A DNA stretch of 63,566 nt, the filler included, from Choristocarpus tenellus KU-1152 (lineage: Eukaryota > Protista > Phaeophyceae): assembly GCA_964200185.2 (NCBI GenBank). It is 11 parts of 11 records of this genome, joined end to end, with 100 filler letters (N's around TTAATTAATTAA, not from the genome) between each part and the next. Parts side by side here need not be neighbours in the genome. Positions count along the whole stretch, not along the records: positions 24,159 to 37,939 come from CAXNAD020001367.1; positions 38,040 to 41,021 come from CAXNAD020023174.1; positions 41,122 to 45,393 come from CAXNAD020015356.1; 8 more parts are not named here. One strand, given 5' to 3'. Below, in pieces: positions 24,845-41,495 of this stretch. The position numbers were made by a program, and so were the translations under genes. The notes beneath the pieces were generated by a model, which saw only the letters and a program-made list of their open reading frames with translations, had not been told where the DNA came from and searched no databases. The stretch's first letter is position 1; each line of letters starts with the position of its first letter.

Positions 24845-27006
24845 ATGAGACAGCTACTGAGAAATATAGCATCGAGGTGGGGATCGGGAAATCAATCGGC
24901 TGAGGTGGCAAAGGAGCGACTGTCGATTATTCTTGCTCACCAAAGAGGCGCAAGTCTCCTCTCGCATGTGGACATTCCACGCCTTCAATCAGAAGTGTTG
25001 GCCGTCGTGAAGGTGAGTGAGGGGTATTGACCCTTGCTCATTTCGATTCAAACAACTCCCTCCAAGTTCTTGGGCGCTTTCAAAGCCCCAAGATTTTCCG
25101 TGTGCTTCATTCGAAGGCTCGAACGAGTCACTCCCCCTATGGGGACTTGGGGCATGGTCTTGTCTTGTTACATGTGACCGATGAACAGTTTCCCCTTCAA
25201 CATCTATTTTGTATGAATTGCCTCATGTGCTGACAAGGTTGGCTAAGTGGAGTTGCTGCAGTTAGCTTCTTTCAAGTAGGTGATGCATTGGATTCCTTTC
25301 TTTCTCCATCAATTGCCCACAGCTTCAAATGTAGGGGTTAAGCTGTGATGTAAACGGTTACTTTGGTGCCGATTTACACTCCTAAATTAAAACGCAATGT
25401 CTTTAAAAAATGAAGCAGAAAGAAGAAGATGCTGACTTGTGAAGTATTGCAGTTGATGTGGGGACTATTTACAGCTGTGTGTTTACTAACCAATTCAAAG
25501 GACATTCACTACTTATTAGTTGTGGAATATTTGTGCTGTGCCAAGATCGACAACTGGAAGGGGAGATAGCGACACCCGCATTAGGAGATAGCAACATTCC
25601 CACACCCCGTCCGAACCGCACAGAAGTACATTGCAGTGGATACCACCAAGCCAATCAATGTCCATGTCAAACAGGATGGCACTGTGGATTTGTTCGAAAT
25701 GCAGGTGAGTCTATGATATTTGTCCAATCATGGATTATGCAAAATAGAGTGCGTGCCCTTAGCTTCTTTTGGGAAACCAGTTATCTGAATTTGCAAATTC
25801 TGTAGGACACTTAAAGTTCATGCCTTCCCTTTAGCTGATTTGAAACACAGTAATGACACCTCCTCTTGCTTACACTGACAAATTAGGGAGGTTGTTGCCC
25901 TTGCAATTCATGTAGATATGACGCTGATTCTTCAGGCTTTTCAGTTGTTCCCACAACTTTTAGTGTTGAGTTTTTGTTAAAGATTGTCATTGAAGTCAGA
26001 TTTGCTTCAGACCCTCCCTCCCTCCCTATTCACATTGAAATTGCAGAATTTGTCGAATACTCTAGTTCATAGCATGAGTTGATTACCTCCGAGATGGAGG
26101 TGAAGATATCAGCAGTATACATTACACATTTCAATTGAGTCCATCAGGACTGGGATATGAAGTATCTGAGTGGTTAGGCAAACAATAATTTTTGTAGGTT
26201 GAGAAAGAGAAGCATAGAAAAGGGTTGTAAATGTGAAAATATTGTCAAGGACCCTAAGAGTTTTTGAGAAGGTCAATTAATGTGATTCATATGGTGGACA
26301 TCATCAAGCTCACTGCATACCTTCATCAGCTTGGTACTTGCATAAATTGTAAATTGAGGACTCATGGGACACCTTGGGAGAGTGCTCTCAAGCATTTATG
26401 CCCTTTTTTTGGAGGTTAGAGAATGTTCTGGCTCTTGTTTCATGTGGCTTCCTTTAATGTATACAAAGCTCATTATGGATATGTTTACAATGGGTACATG
26501 CCAGAGAGGGCATCCGGTTATGGATTATAATTAAATCCAACTGCTCTTTCCTCTATTAGGGTGTTTGAGAAGCTTACTTTATGATTCGGTTTATGTTAAG
26601 CCTCCATAAATCGCCATGACTAATGGCAAATTATGCTTCTAAAGGTCCAAACCTCATTATACTTACATCTGACACCATATCATAAAGTACGTTATGAAAA
26701 GTAGTGTAAGTGTAATTTGACTTCCATGGAATTTAAATATGAGAATATTTTTGACCGATTGATGGTCATTGGGTGGGTAGTGTACTACTGTATTTGATCA
26801 ACTGAAACTTGAAAAACTTACTGTTGTGTTTAATTGGAGGGAACTCTCAAGTCTGGCACTGCCTTTACCTTAGGCATCTTGTGGGGAGAGAGTCAATCTC
26901 ATACGATACCTTTGTCATTGACAAGTTACTACAAATTTGAATGTGACAGGTCCACCTTGCATTTGGAGCTGATCATGAAAGGACTGAGGCGACACACAAC
27001 AGTTGA
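24845..27006 (+). CDS. minE: Nuclear-encoded MinE, probably mitochondrial (exons 24845-25012, 25624-25704, probable 26950-27006)
   Basis: MRQLLRNIASRWGSGNQSAEVAKERLSIILAHQRG...IPRLQSEVLAVVK|KYIAVD...INVHVKQDGTVDLFEMQ|VHL matches the MinE signature SAxxAKERLxIIxAHxR...LxxEILxVxxKY. GT-AG phase-0 introns; the last exon is less certain. Confidence 0.9.
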
Positions 27007-27153
27007 AGTATCAAAAGCAACCCAAGTAATTGGTACATCCTAAAGTTATAATTTGTGTGAATTCGACCTTGGCTAGTCAGCAAATGGTTTGGCAAGCAGG
27101 GTTTGATGCTGTAGTACCAAGCTACAACAATCCCTGCATGTTGTCGCTCATCT

Positions 27154-30100
27154 TCATGCAAACACAATACTGAATAGGTCTGCCATTTGTGCTGCTATGT
27201 GCTTGACTGAGAAGGTGTTGCTATTGCCGAACATCGTCCCATCCCTAAGATTGCTTGCAGGGCGAAATTTTTTCCCCATTGCGACAGAGGGGCAGAAGGC
27301 CTCGATAAAAGCCAGTCCATCATCTATTCTGCAGCATGGCTGGTATTCGATCTGAGGCATGAGACACATATACAACAGCACAGTACGAGTATCAGCACAC
27401 AACTATCTTAGAAGAGCATAAATATATGAGTACATGCTCTCAGCACTACTATGTGGTTCTAGGACCCCTTCTAAGATCTTGAAAAAGAGAGACAATTTCT
27501 GGGCATTTTTTTGTACATGGACCAATACCAAGCAAGCAATTTAACCACAAGTCTCTATTCTCCTTTTGCATAACTTATCTGATGCTTGAAACATTGCACA
27601 CATCATCTGTCGAGTTAATCTGACAACAAATCATGAATGCAACAGATGTGGTATGTGCTAAAGGTAATATTTGGTTATGGAAAAAGGGGAGCAAATTATC
27701 TGAAATATAATTTGAAGTATTTTACAGGTCTCTTTTAACAGGGTTAGGATTAGCAACCTTATGCACAGCATAGTAGCTCAAGATGGAAGGATAAGCATCA
27801 CCTACTCAAAGGCACACAACAGGCAGCGGAGTTGGATCAACTCGAAGTATACACCTCTCTATAAATCTTCCAGGACTAGCAGCGGGGCAACATTTTGGCG
27901 AATAAGAAGGCTGTATAGATGGTCCTCCTCTCGTAGGCGGCAACTAGGCAGCAAACCTTTTTGTTCAAATGGTTATTAAACACACCCTCCCCACATGGTT
28001 GTGTTCTCCTCATCAGTGTGATAGAGTGGTCTGATGCCAGCTTGACCAGAGCATCATTTGTTTGTTGTGTTGGTAAAAACCTACAATTCTTGCCACACCT
28101 TGCCTTTTCTCAATACCTATCTAGGAGGCCACATTCAGCATCTGACCACCAACAAAACCAAGTGAGTTTAATAACATAGTTTGCATGTCTTGTTGCCTTT
28201 AGCACCAGAAAGATGTGCACCTTTCCTTTCTATTCCCCACCAAAGGCGTCAATTTGAAGAGCAAGCCCACACTACCACAAAAAACATGTATCTCAACATC
28301 AGATTTTGGTGTTGCAATGTTTTGATTTGTGGTCCCTTTACCACTACTAAATCGACCCTGAGGGAGCTATTGCTAACGTGCCATAAACTCGAACATGGAT
28401 AAAGCCTTCTTGAGACCTCAAATTTTCATACAAAAACAATCAAAGAGCATCCTGGAACCACCAGTAAAATAGAAGATTACGTCAAGTGCTTCTACGAGCA
28501 GACTGGACTCATTTGCATTAACTTGCCGAGTGGGAGAATCAGTCAGAAATGCTTCTTGAAGTAAAACAAACTTGAAGACGATCTTGGAAGGCACTCAGGG
28601 AGGAAATTTTTCTAGCTAATTTTCCGAGTTTGTTGAAGTGGAATGTGATTCATATTGGATTTAGATGCTGACCAGACAATCTTGAGTTTCTTGAGCAGTT
28701 GGAGATCTAACCTGGACACTGTACAAAATTGTGCAACATGTGCAGCACTTGGAGGAAATCACATTGCCCTCTACTGAAATAATCTATCACAAGAATCCCC
28801 GGAAAGCTCAGCAAGTATCTATTATACCTCACCTCCAAAACCAGGCCTCGGTATGTGGCACCCTTCCTGAAAGTTCCAGTTCGAATCAGCAAGTCACCTA
28901 AGCGGTATGCCTGACCCTGTATACAAAGGTTTAGCAGAGGAGTATTAGTAAAAGCCTCCAGTCCATGCCTGTGCTGAAACAGACTTCATAATAACCCACT
29001 GAAGCAATTTTAATGTCTGGAGGGGTACTCACATCCACAATGGCCTTCAGCCTTGTGACCAAAGGTGCTCTCAAGGCCAAGCTAGTCTCAAGTTCCCTAT
29101 CCCCATATATGATGTCTTTCAATCGCCCCTCACAGGCTAAATCATCTTGTCCCCGAGAACCTCCTGACAGTTGAAATATATATTGCAGTAAAATGATACA
29201 AGAGTTGAACACCAGCGACATATTGGAGACAATAGGTCTTGTTCCAGTGATGCTTCTGGTTCAAGAATGAAAACACGGCTTCTGTAAGAAAAAAAATCTG
29301 GCGCAGGTCATCATGGAGTAGCCCCCCTGACTTCAAGGCTATACCCTGCTCAGATCATATTTTCCCTTAAGGGTTCACCACTAGTGCCTCACCTTCGGCC
29401 ATTTCCTGAACAACCAGTAGGCGACCTGCCATGTCGCTCCTTCGCACACAATACTGCAAAAGAGGTAAATTGATGCTTAGTGAGCACTGTGCCTCCTACG
29501 TACCCAAGCACAAGCTCCAAATGAATGGCGTCATGGAAATATTCAATGACCTGATGTTAGCTCTCCTTCCTGCAGCCAACGCGTTGCTACACATGAAATA
29601 AGTATACTGTAAGGCGAGGGGATCCTGTCAATGTGGTCCTCAAAATTATCACCCAAAAGCGAATTCACGTTTCATTTTAAGGCTATTCAAATGTTCGTCC
29701 ACTTCCCTGCGCAAAAAACGTACAGCCAAGCACTTGGCTTCAAAAGCGTCCCAAGTTTCCAATCCATCTCTGCCATCCATACCGGCTATCAACTCCCAAA
29801 CATACCTGCCTCGCGAACGGATAGGAGCTGCCATCATCACGTTTCATGCCCACAAAGGGCGCTGCAACATTCACTCCAAACTTCATTTCGCCACCAATGG
29901 CTTTGTTCTTCTTTTGCTTAAGCTTGAATGCCACCTACCATACGTTCAAGTAATCGTCAGGACGTAAAATGCCTTGTATCACCTGGAATGCTCACGCAGG
30001 TAAATTTGAGCAATTGCATTAGTCTCTTCCCATCTAGTCTTACCTCTGCAGTCCAGCGTTCCAGTGGTTCCGCACCTAGCACAGTTGTGATGTGGCCTTG

Positions 30101-30298
30101 AAGTACCTGCAAGGCATCCATAGTATCCTCTTGGGGCAAAGGGAGACCCAAAACACTTGCAAGTATAAGAAGGGAAGAAGGATCAGCATTAGAGGGAAGT
30201 TGAACCCGAAATTGATGCCATGGGGAAAGTACTAGGAGTAAGGTAACTAATCTTCTGGTTCTTGGGGTCACTCACCAACATACAGGCACCACTGTCAT
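27154..30298 (-). CDS. MED20: Mediator subunit 20 (exons 30298-30276, 30155-30044, 29453-29393, 29163-29033, 28916-28833, 27351-27154)
   Basis: Six phase-compatible exons. VLGAEPLERW and GQAYRLGDLLIRTG...RGLVLE|IEYQPC match Med20 motifs. Confidence 0.85.
29560..29950 (-). pseudogene. Retrotransposon gag-like relic in MED20 intron 2
   Basis: GRYVWELI...LETWDAFEAKCLAVRF...EHLNSLKM resembles the Retrotrans_gag pattern; frameshifted. Confidence 0.45.
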
Positions 30299-30555
30299 GG
30301 TCAATGAGGTGAACTTCTGAGTGTAGAACGATGAAAAACCTACTTCCTTGCCGTTATTATCCTCCAACCTCACCCTACACAATATCTAAAACTTTCCCCA
30401 CCCCTTATCACTACTCGGGTTTCTAACTGCTCTAAGAAACGTGAGAAGAGAAAGGAGGGAGAGCAGAAACGTGTCCATTGACTTCATTTTGGGTTTTCAG
30501 GGGTCTTTTGATGGTCTGGGAAGCACGTTTCTTGTAGTCCGGAAAATACTTCAAC

Positions 30556-32974
30556 ATGAATACATGTTGGGAGGTGCTCCTGGTCTTCTTGGCCATCGCA
30601 GGAGAAGCGCTAGCATTTACAGCGATGCCATGTCGGGGAGCTTGTAGTGTGGGACGAAATGCTGCGAGGATCAAACTTGCACAGAGGGGACGGGCTTCAA
30701 GTTCACTGCTTGCCTGGGAAGGGGATAGTTTTACGGATTGTCGACCAGTTTCGAGGACAGAGGCATTGAGTACGGTAAGACGAAGCGCTTTATATGTACA
30801 TCACCTTCTTGTGAACTTTGACTAGGGATCGACCTGGGATGAAAGATACTTTACGTTTCTTCAAGTTGATGGTTCACTCCTAAATATCCCCCTATGATGA
30901 GGGTTAAGAGTTGTAGTTAAACGTTTATAGGGGTTCTGTGGCTTGTTTCTGCACAGCTAAGACTTTGCCTTTCTTTTGCAACATCCGATATTTTAAGCTG
31001 GTGGTGACCGCATCAGCTCTACTGCTAGGGCCAACTGCAGGAGCCCTTGCTCAAGATCAACTTCCTACTGTAGGGAAGATAACAAAAAATGGGGTCAAGT
31101 ACTTTGATTTCAGGATTGGCACTGGAGAGTCGCCGAGGTGAGCAGGGATGATGTAGCAACGAGATGCACATTGCAGCCTCTACTTTCAAGTGAATCAACC
31201 TTCAGCTAAGCGACACATTGATGCCTCATTGTTGCAGGTGGGGGCAGGATTGCGTGATCAGGTATGTTATGTATGGGCGGTCCTCTCCTGATGCCAAGCT
31301 GTCCCGTATTGACACATCGGACAACAATGGAGAGCACTACCTCTTCAAGCATGGCAACGGTCACCAGGTGTTGTGCAACTAAAAATTTGAATCTTAATAT
31401 TGAACAATTGCCCACGAGAAGTAAGCTCCCTCACGTCTGTGTTTCAGAGCTGTTTCCGTTGAATCTGCAACAATGTATGTGCTGTTCAATTTTTCATGCC
31501 CTTCTTAGGCTGGATTGTTTTATAAAAATAACTCACCAATGCAGCAAATAACATATTTGTTTTCTTGACATGCTTAAGGGATTGTGTTCAACCTGGTAGG
31601 GGTTTTCAAGAACTTACCTCAAATATAGGTTGATTGTCCTTGCCTTAGGTACCTTTCCACCGTGACAATTTGAATGCAAAAGGTGGGTGAAAGGATAGGG
31701 AGATGACCTTAACCCAAATTTTTCTGCTTGATTCTGCCCTCACAGATAAAAGGCATGGAGGAGGGCCTTCATAGTATGCGTGTGGGAGGTAAACGCCGAA
31801 TCGTCTTTCCCAGTCAAATGGGATACACAGTTCAAGGTCTGGGGCCATACCCTGGAGATGCACGAAACAGAGACATCCTAGCCAAAGTAAGGATATCATG
31901 GGTCAGATAATCATGGTTAGTGAGTGTTCACTTTCAGCAATAGGTGATAACAATGATAAACCAGGCTATACACTCAGTATCTCACGTTCCAATGACCTTG
32001 TCTATCTTCACATTTTTAAGTGCTGTGAAAGAAAAGAATGAATTCATGCTTTAATTATCAACTCAAAATGAGTCATTTACTGTGGTTGAATTGAAGTCTG
32101 TACACACAGTGCGAGGCATGTCAGGTGTAATGCACATGAGCAATAGACTAGGCAACCAACGCGAGGTCTCCATTACAATCTCAAATATTCTTTGATTAGA
32201 TTAATCGATGTGAATCGATCGCTATTTTAAGATGAGAAAATTTAAATGAAACCAACATCCAAATTCGACAGTCTAGTTAGTATCAGTTGATTATTTCCTC
32301 ACATATATGCATGCTCCACACTGTCCTGTGTTACTGAGTGCTTCATGTGTCTAACTTTGTTACGCACATGTTTTTGTTCTAATTGGGTACATTGAATCGT
32401 ATACTCAATTGAATATTTATATACATATTTTTGTTCTAATTGGGTACATTGAATCGTATAGTCAATTGAATATTTAGATACATGTTTTTGTTCTAATTGG
32501 GTACATTGAATCGTATAGTCAATTGAATATTTAGATACACCAAGCGCTTTGATTCAAACACACATATAGCTTGACTGAAGTTTATTGCCCTAACATACTT
32601 GAGCCACCTCCCATTTTGTTGGACTGTCTGTGATTGCCTGTTATTTTTTGTACGTCGCCCGACAGTTTGTAAACACTTTTGAGGTATCACCAGGGGGGGA
32701 ATTTGTTCTTGATGTGGAGCTATTTGATTGCTTTGATGATGAAGCTGACCAGGGTTACTATGAAGATGAGGTATTTTCTGATGAGGAGTTGGAGGAAGCT
32801 CTGAGGGAAACAAGCAAATTTACAGGGGGAATGCCCTTTGAACAACTCCCAGGGCAGGTCACTCTTCCTGCAGGAGGCACAGGGAATGCACCTCAGTCTT
32901 CCCCAGGAGTACAATCATTGGACATGTTCAATGACCAGGACCCAAAACTCGCAACACCTCTTCAGCATGGTTGA
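30556..32974 (+). CDS. Plastid (thylakoid-lumen type) FKBP peptidyl-prolyl isomerase (exons 30556-30774, 30998-31137, 31238-31367, 31746-31886, 32666-32974)
   Basis: Signal peptide ending ALA|F, transit peptide, second hydrophobic segment ending ALA, then FKBP motifs GVKYFDFRIGTG, IKGMEEGLHSMRVGGKRRIVFPSQMGY, FVLDVEL. All exon phases are consistent. Confidence 0.92.
32368..32539. repeat. ~59-bp minisatellite x3 in an FKBP intron
   Basis: tttttgttctaattgggtacattgaatcgtata(c/g)tcaattgaatattta repeated three times. Confidence 0.92.
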
Positions 32975-33072
32975 CCCAGCCTCAAGGTTACACATGATAG
33001 AGTAAGTAAGGACCATGTGTATTTTAAACCAAACAAACTGCAAACTTTTTCCCACCAAATTTACCAATGTAT

Positions 33073-37439
<4,367 letters not shown>

Positions 37440-38039
37440 CTGGTACCAGAGTATAACACCAGGAAGTGCATTAGACCGGGCAAGTGTAACTAACTACAAT
37501 ACACAGACATAAGTGGGTGAATGTACCTGTTATTAAAATGGATGAGGGCAGTGCATGTTGCTAATTTGATAGGAACTGTGGACACCTGCAATCACACCAC
37601 CAGGCTGATCAAGTTTATCCCAGAAAATCTACCAATATTTATCACAGAAAGAGCAAGTCCTACAGTTTGGGTGGCGGAAGAGATGTGGAGCAGAAACTTG
37701 TAGAGATAACACGGACTTGTACTCTCTGGGTTATTTAAGAACACAAAGTATAGTACTAAGGGTGACCAAGGGAAAGAAGTGCACCACTGTCATCATCCAC
37801 AAAAGTTGCAAAAAGAGCCTCACCCCAGATTCACCCAGTTTCTGAAATCCTGAAGCGAAAAGCTTATTGAAAAATTTATCACACAATATCAATGGCACCA
37901 GAGGGGGGGGGGGGAGTATCAAGTTCATTGAAAAGCACTNNNNNNNNNNNNNNNNNNNNNNNNNNNNNNNNNNNNNNNNNNNNTTAATTAATTAANNNNN
38001 NNNNNNNNNNNNNNNNNNNNNNNNNNNNNNNNNNNNNNN

Positions 38040-38670
38040 CTGTTCTTTGTCCTTCATTAAAGCACCATCTAAAAGCCGCGGGTTCAGTGTGGGATAGTTC
38101 AACAGATATACCCTCGTCCTGCTTCAGGGCAAGGTTTAGGATCTCAGCTGAAAGGTTGTCTGTACCATGGCATTCCCATTTCCCATTGCCAATAATGCCT
38201 TAGCCCATATTGAACTCATCACTAAGATCTGGAATCGGCTAATATATTTAATACTAGAATGAAAATGTATGATCCGTTGGAGGGCGTATATAATCCTTCA
38301 TATGTAGCGGCATATAGAACATTCTGGTTATTTTGTAGAAGAGAGGTTGCTGTAAGGACACCATGCGACATCCTAAGCACAGGGGACCCGTTCGAGGCAA
38401 ATAGCAAGGAGAGGTTCCTCAGCCATTCGATTGTCCTGGTGGTTCTCTTCTCTATCCTTAAGGTGAGCATCAGAATTGCCCAGAGGTGGGGACACTATGG
38501 CTTCATTGACCTTGTGCTTTTTGCCCAAGTTCTCGTGTGGGAAGCAGAGTTTACATACCACTGAAACTTCCTTGAAGACTCCCAAAATACCCTTAATTTC
38601 TTGCATATTTTTTCCCTACTGCTGTGCTCCCGGTCGTGACAAGACTCGCAGAAGCAGAAGGAGACACGGT
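38040..38670 (-). pseudogene. Probable hAT transposase N-terminal relic (BED zinc finger)
   Basis: VVCKLCFP...LGNSDAHLKDREENH preceded by a VFW-like segment; frameshifted. Confidence 0.45.
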
Positions 38671-38871
38671 AGTTGAAGTTATATCTGTTCGACATTGATC
38701 GTTCCTCATACCTCTACGCCCCCCCTCCTCTCCCATAGACTCCATTGAACCCCACCCCCTGATGTTCTGATTTTGTCTCACAGTCCCACATCCTTCAAGT
38801 TCGAGTTCGGCAACCCCAGCCTCTATCTCACCCACATCAGAATGGAGTCCACTATTATAGTATCACAAAGA

Positions 38872-39130
38872 GAGCCAAAGTATGTTAGAGGGTAGAGCCG
38901 CGTCCATTTGGGACACAAAATCTAATGTTGCAATTTTGATGTAATTTTGGCTATCACGTTTGTTAGGAGATGTCAATGTCCTTATTCCAGACACACCTTT
39001 TCATAAAGTATACATTTTACCTACTCCGAAACATTTTGGAGTAGGTAAAATCTCATTTTAAACCCGTGGGAAGCCAAACCCCAAATGGATAAACAGGGCA
39101 AAACTCGTACCCTCTAAGATACTTTCACTC
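38872..39130. mobile_element. Type-B Sola-like MITE
   Basis: GAGCCAAAGTATGTTAGAGGGTA...TACCCTCTAAGATACTTTCACTC; inverted homolog of 47558-47882. Confidence 0.85.
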
Positions 39131-41474
39131 GAAGTAACGAACTCACCCACCTCCCACTGAGCAGCCTTATCCAGGAGCCTCTCAATCCCCAGGCATCTGT
39201 ACTATCTTGCCTGACTCGTTTGGGATGTGGTTCGTGATGTGATACACCTTGGTTGTGCCCTGAAAGCCTCTTTAGTCCAGCTCAGGCCTGTTGACCTCGT
39301 TTAACCCTATCTATGGGATCATGGTGATAACATGAAAATGATGGACAAGAGAGTGGTAGGATGACATATTAGTGAAAGTTGGATGTACTACCTTCCTGGA
39401 GGCAAATTATGGATCTATAGGTAAAAAGTGTGCACATAATCTATGTATCAGTCCTCCAAATTTATTAATATTCAATAGAGATTAGGCGGGTGCATATATG
39501 TATATATATGCCAATGCTCTTCTCGGTTCATTCATGTATATGTCACAGATAAGAAGTGTAAGAAGTGTGCATATATACCAATCCTCTCTATACTTTGTTC
39601 TTTTCCATTAGATTATAAAGAGTGCAACTAGAAAATGCTTTTTCCTGGTGGTTATACCACAACCTATTTATATATCAGTCCACTTTCATCTTTGCGAATC
39701 TTGAACCCACACAGCGCTTCAATTCTGCTCATCGATCCCCCCTCTGTGCCGTTTGACCAGTCCATGAAGGGCTTAAACCGTGCGCATGCAAAGACCACAC
39801 CTACGCGGCTCACCTTTTTGACTGCGCTAAGAACACCATGAGAAATTAGGAGATCAGGGGACAATGAATCCGGAATGCAACAACAGTGGCCCGGGCTTTA
39901 GGTATAGAAATTTGAGAGAAGAGGTCACTGATTCATAAATATATATAGATAGATAGATAGATTGCAGAAGGAGAGTTCATAGGATTCTAGTAGGATTTTC
40001 TACGACTAGGGCTGCAGTCAAGCGCATTTACTGTCCCACTTTAGAGCTCAAATCTGTTCCGAACGGTGGTAAGTGAATAAAAAAGTCTCCTTATTTAACC
40101 CTCTTAGGTACCCACAGGAGTGAGGAGGGGTCGGAACAGGGGAGGGAGGAGACGGGAAAAGGCAGTAGAAGGTATAGCCAGTGCAGGGCGCATGGACATT
40201 TTATTCAGATCAAATTTTATGTTGTCTGCTGATGTTATGAGAAGTACATGGGGCGCACCAGTCGTACGGTAATGTAATAGTAACCAGAAGGGTGGGACAA
40301 TATCATACATTGAGCAGCCTACAATACACCTTCACCAACACAGCATTAGTAGTCTATCCAACCGAGAGGTAGGTAGAGTTGCATTTCGAGGACCACAAGA
40401 AAGGGAAAAAATGTACCATTTTGTGCACTTGCAGATTGAACCTTCGCTTAATTGTGGTGTCAACTCTTTGTGTGGAAAAAAGAAATATCAATCTTGCGTA
40501 CACTATTGTGCACAAAAAGCAATGAAGTAGAATGTACTGCACAGAGTAAGAATGCAAGTAGTCCTATCTAGACGTGACATGCGAGTCACCAGGGAGATGG
40601 GCAAGGAGAGGCTTCTTAGATTCTTGGTGCAACATACATGTATGTTACTAAAATAGAAAATAGATCACTGTCTTTCACATTTACGTTTTTTTTTCTGATG
40701 TGTATAGTTTTCATTGTTCTTTTCCCTCACATAGGTACAAAATGTCACAATGCATAATAATAATAAAATATAATAAAATATATAATATTATACCCTCTTC
40801 TCTAAAGCAGGGTTGTCTATTTCTATACCACTATTATTATTATTATGCCCTCTGACATTTTGCAGATGTGTCAAGGGGGAAACCAATCTAAACTATATAT
40901 ATGTATACATGTCGTTATTAGCCCTAAAGAAATAAAATATCCTGAACATAAGAACACTATAAAACATGGTAAGTGTGGAAACCACCAATCAGTTACTTCA
41001 CCACTATCAAATATTGTACTANNNNNNNNNNNNNNNNNNNNNNNNNNNNNNNNNNNNNNNNNNNNTTAATTAATTAANNNNNNNNNNNNNNNNNNNNNNN
41101 NNNNNNNNNNNNNNNNNNNNNGTTTGGGTGGGGAAGGGTGGCGGAAGGGGGGGGGGGGGGGCGTGGGACGGCGTCAGGGGTTGTCAGGGGTTGAATGTCC
41201 TTGTTGCCTATGTTTTGTTTTGTTGTAATTCTTGTAGAACTTCGATGTGTTTTGGTCTCCATGGTTAATGCAATGCATTTTTTTTATAGGCTTGTGGAGT
41301 GAAAACTGGTCTTGACTCATTGCGAATCAATCACAACTGTACTTGGTTACACCTAATCCCAGGCCCAAGCTGATTTGGATTGTGTCACCAGCCAGGGTAG
41401 GATCTACGGTCGACCTTACATGCTGCACACCCCACTCGTATTTTATTGGTTTAATTAGAACTTGTACTTCAACT

Positions 41475-41495
41475 GGGTTAGGGTTAGGGTTAGGG
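41475..41495. repeat. Short interstitial (TTAGGG)n tract (another at 58715-58736)
   Basis: 3-4 units seen directly. Confidence 0.6.

Noticed and set aside
32368-32539. Three direct repeats that could be mistaken for a CRISPR array
   Set aside because: The units are contiguous without unique spacers, lie in a eukaryotic intron, and there are no cas genes.
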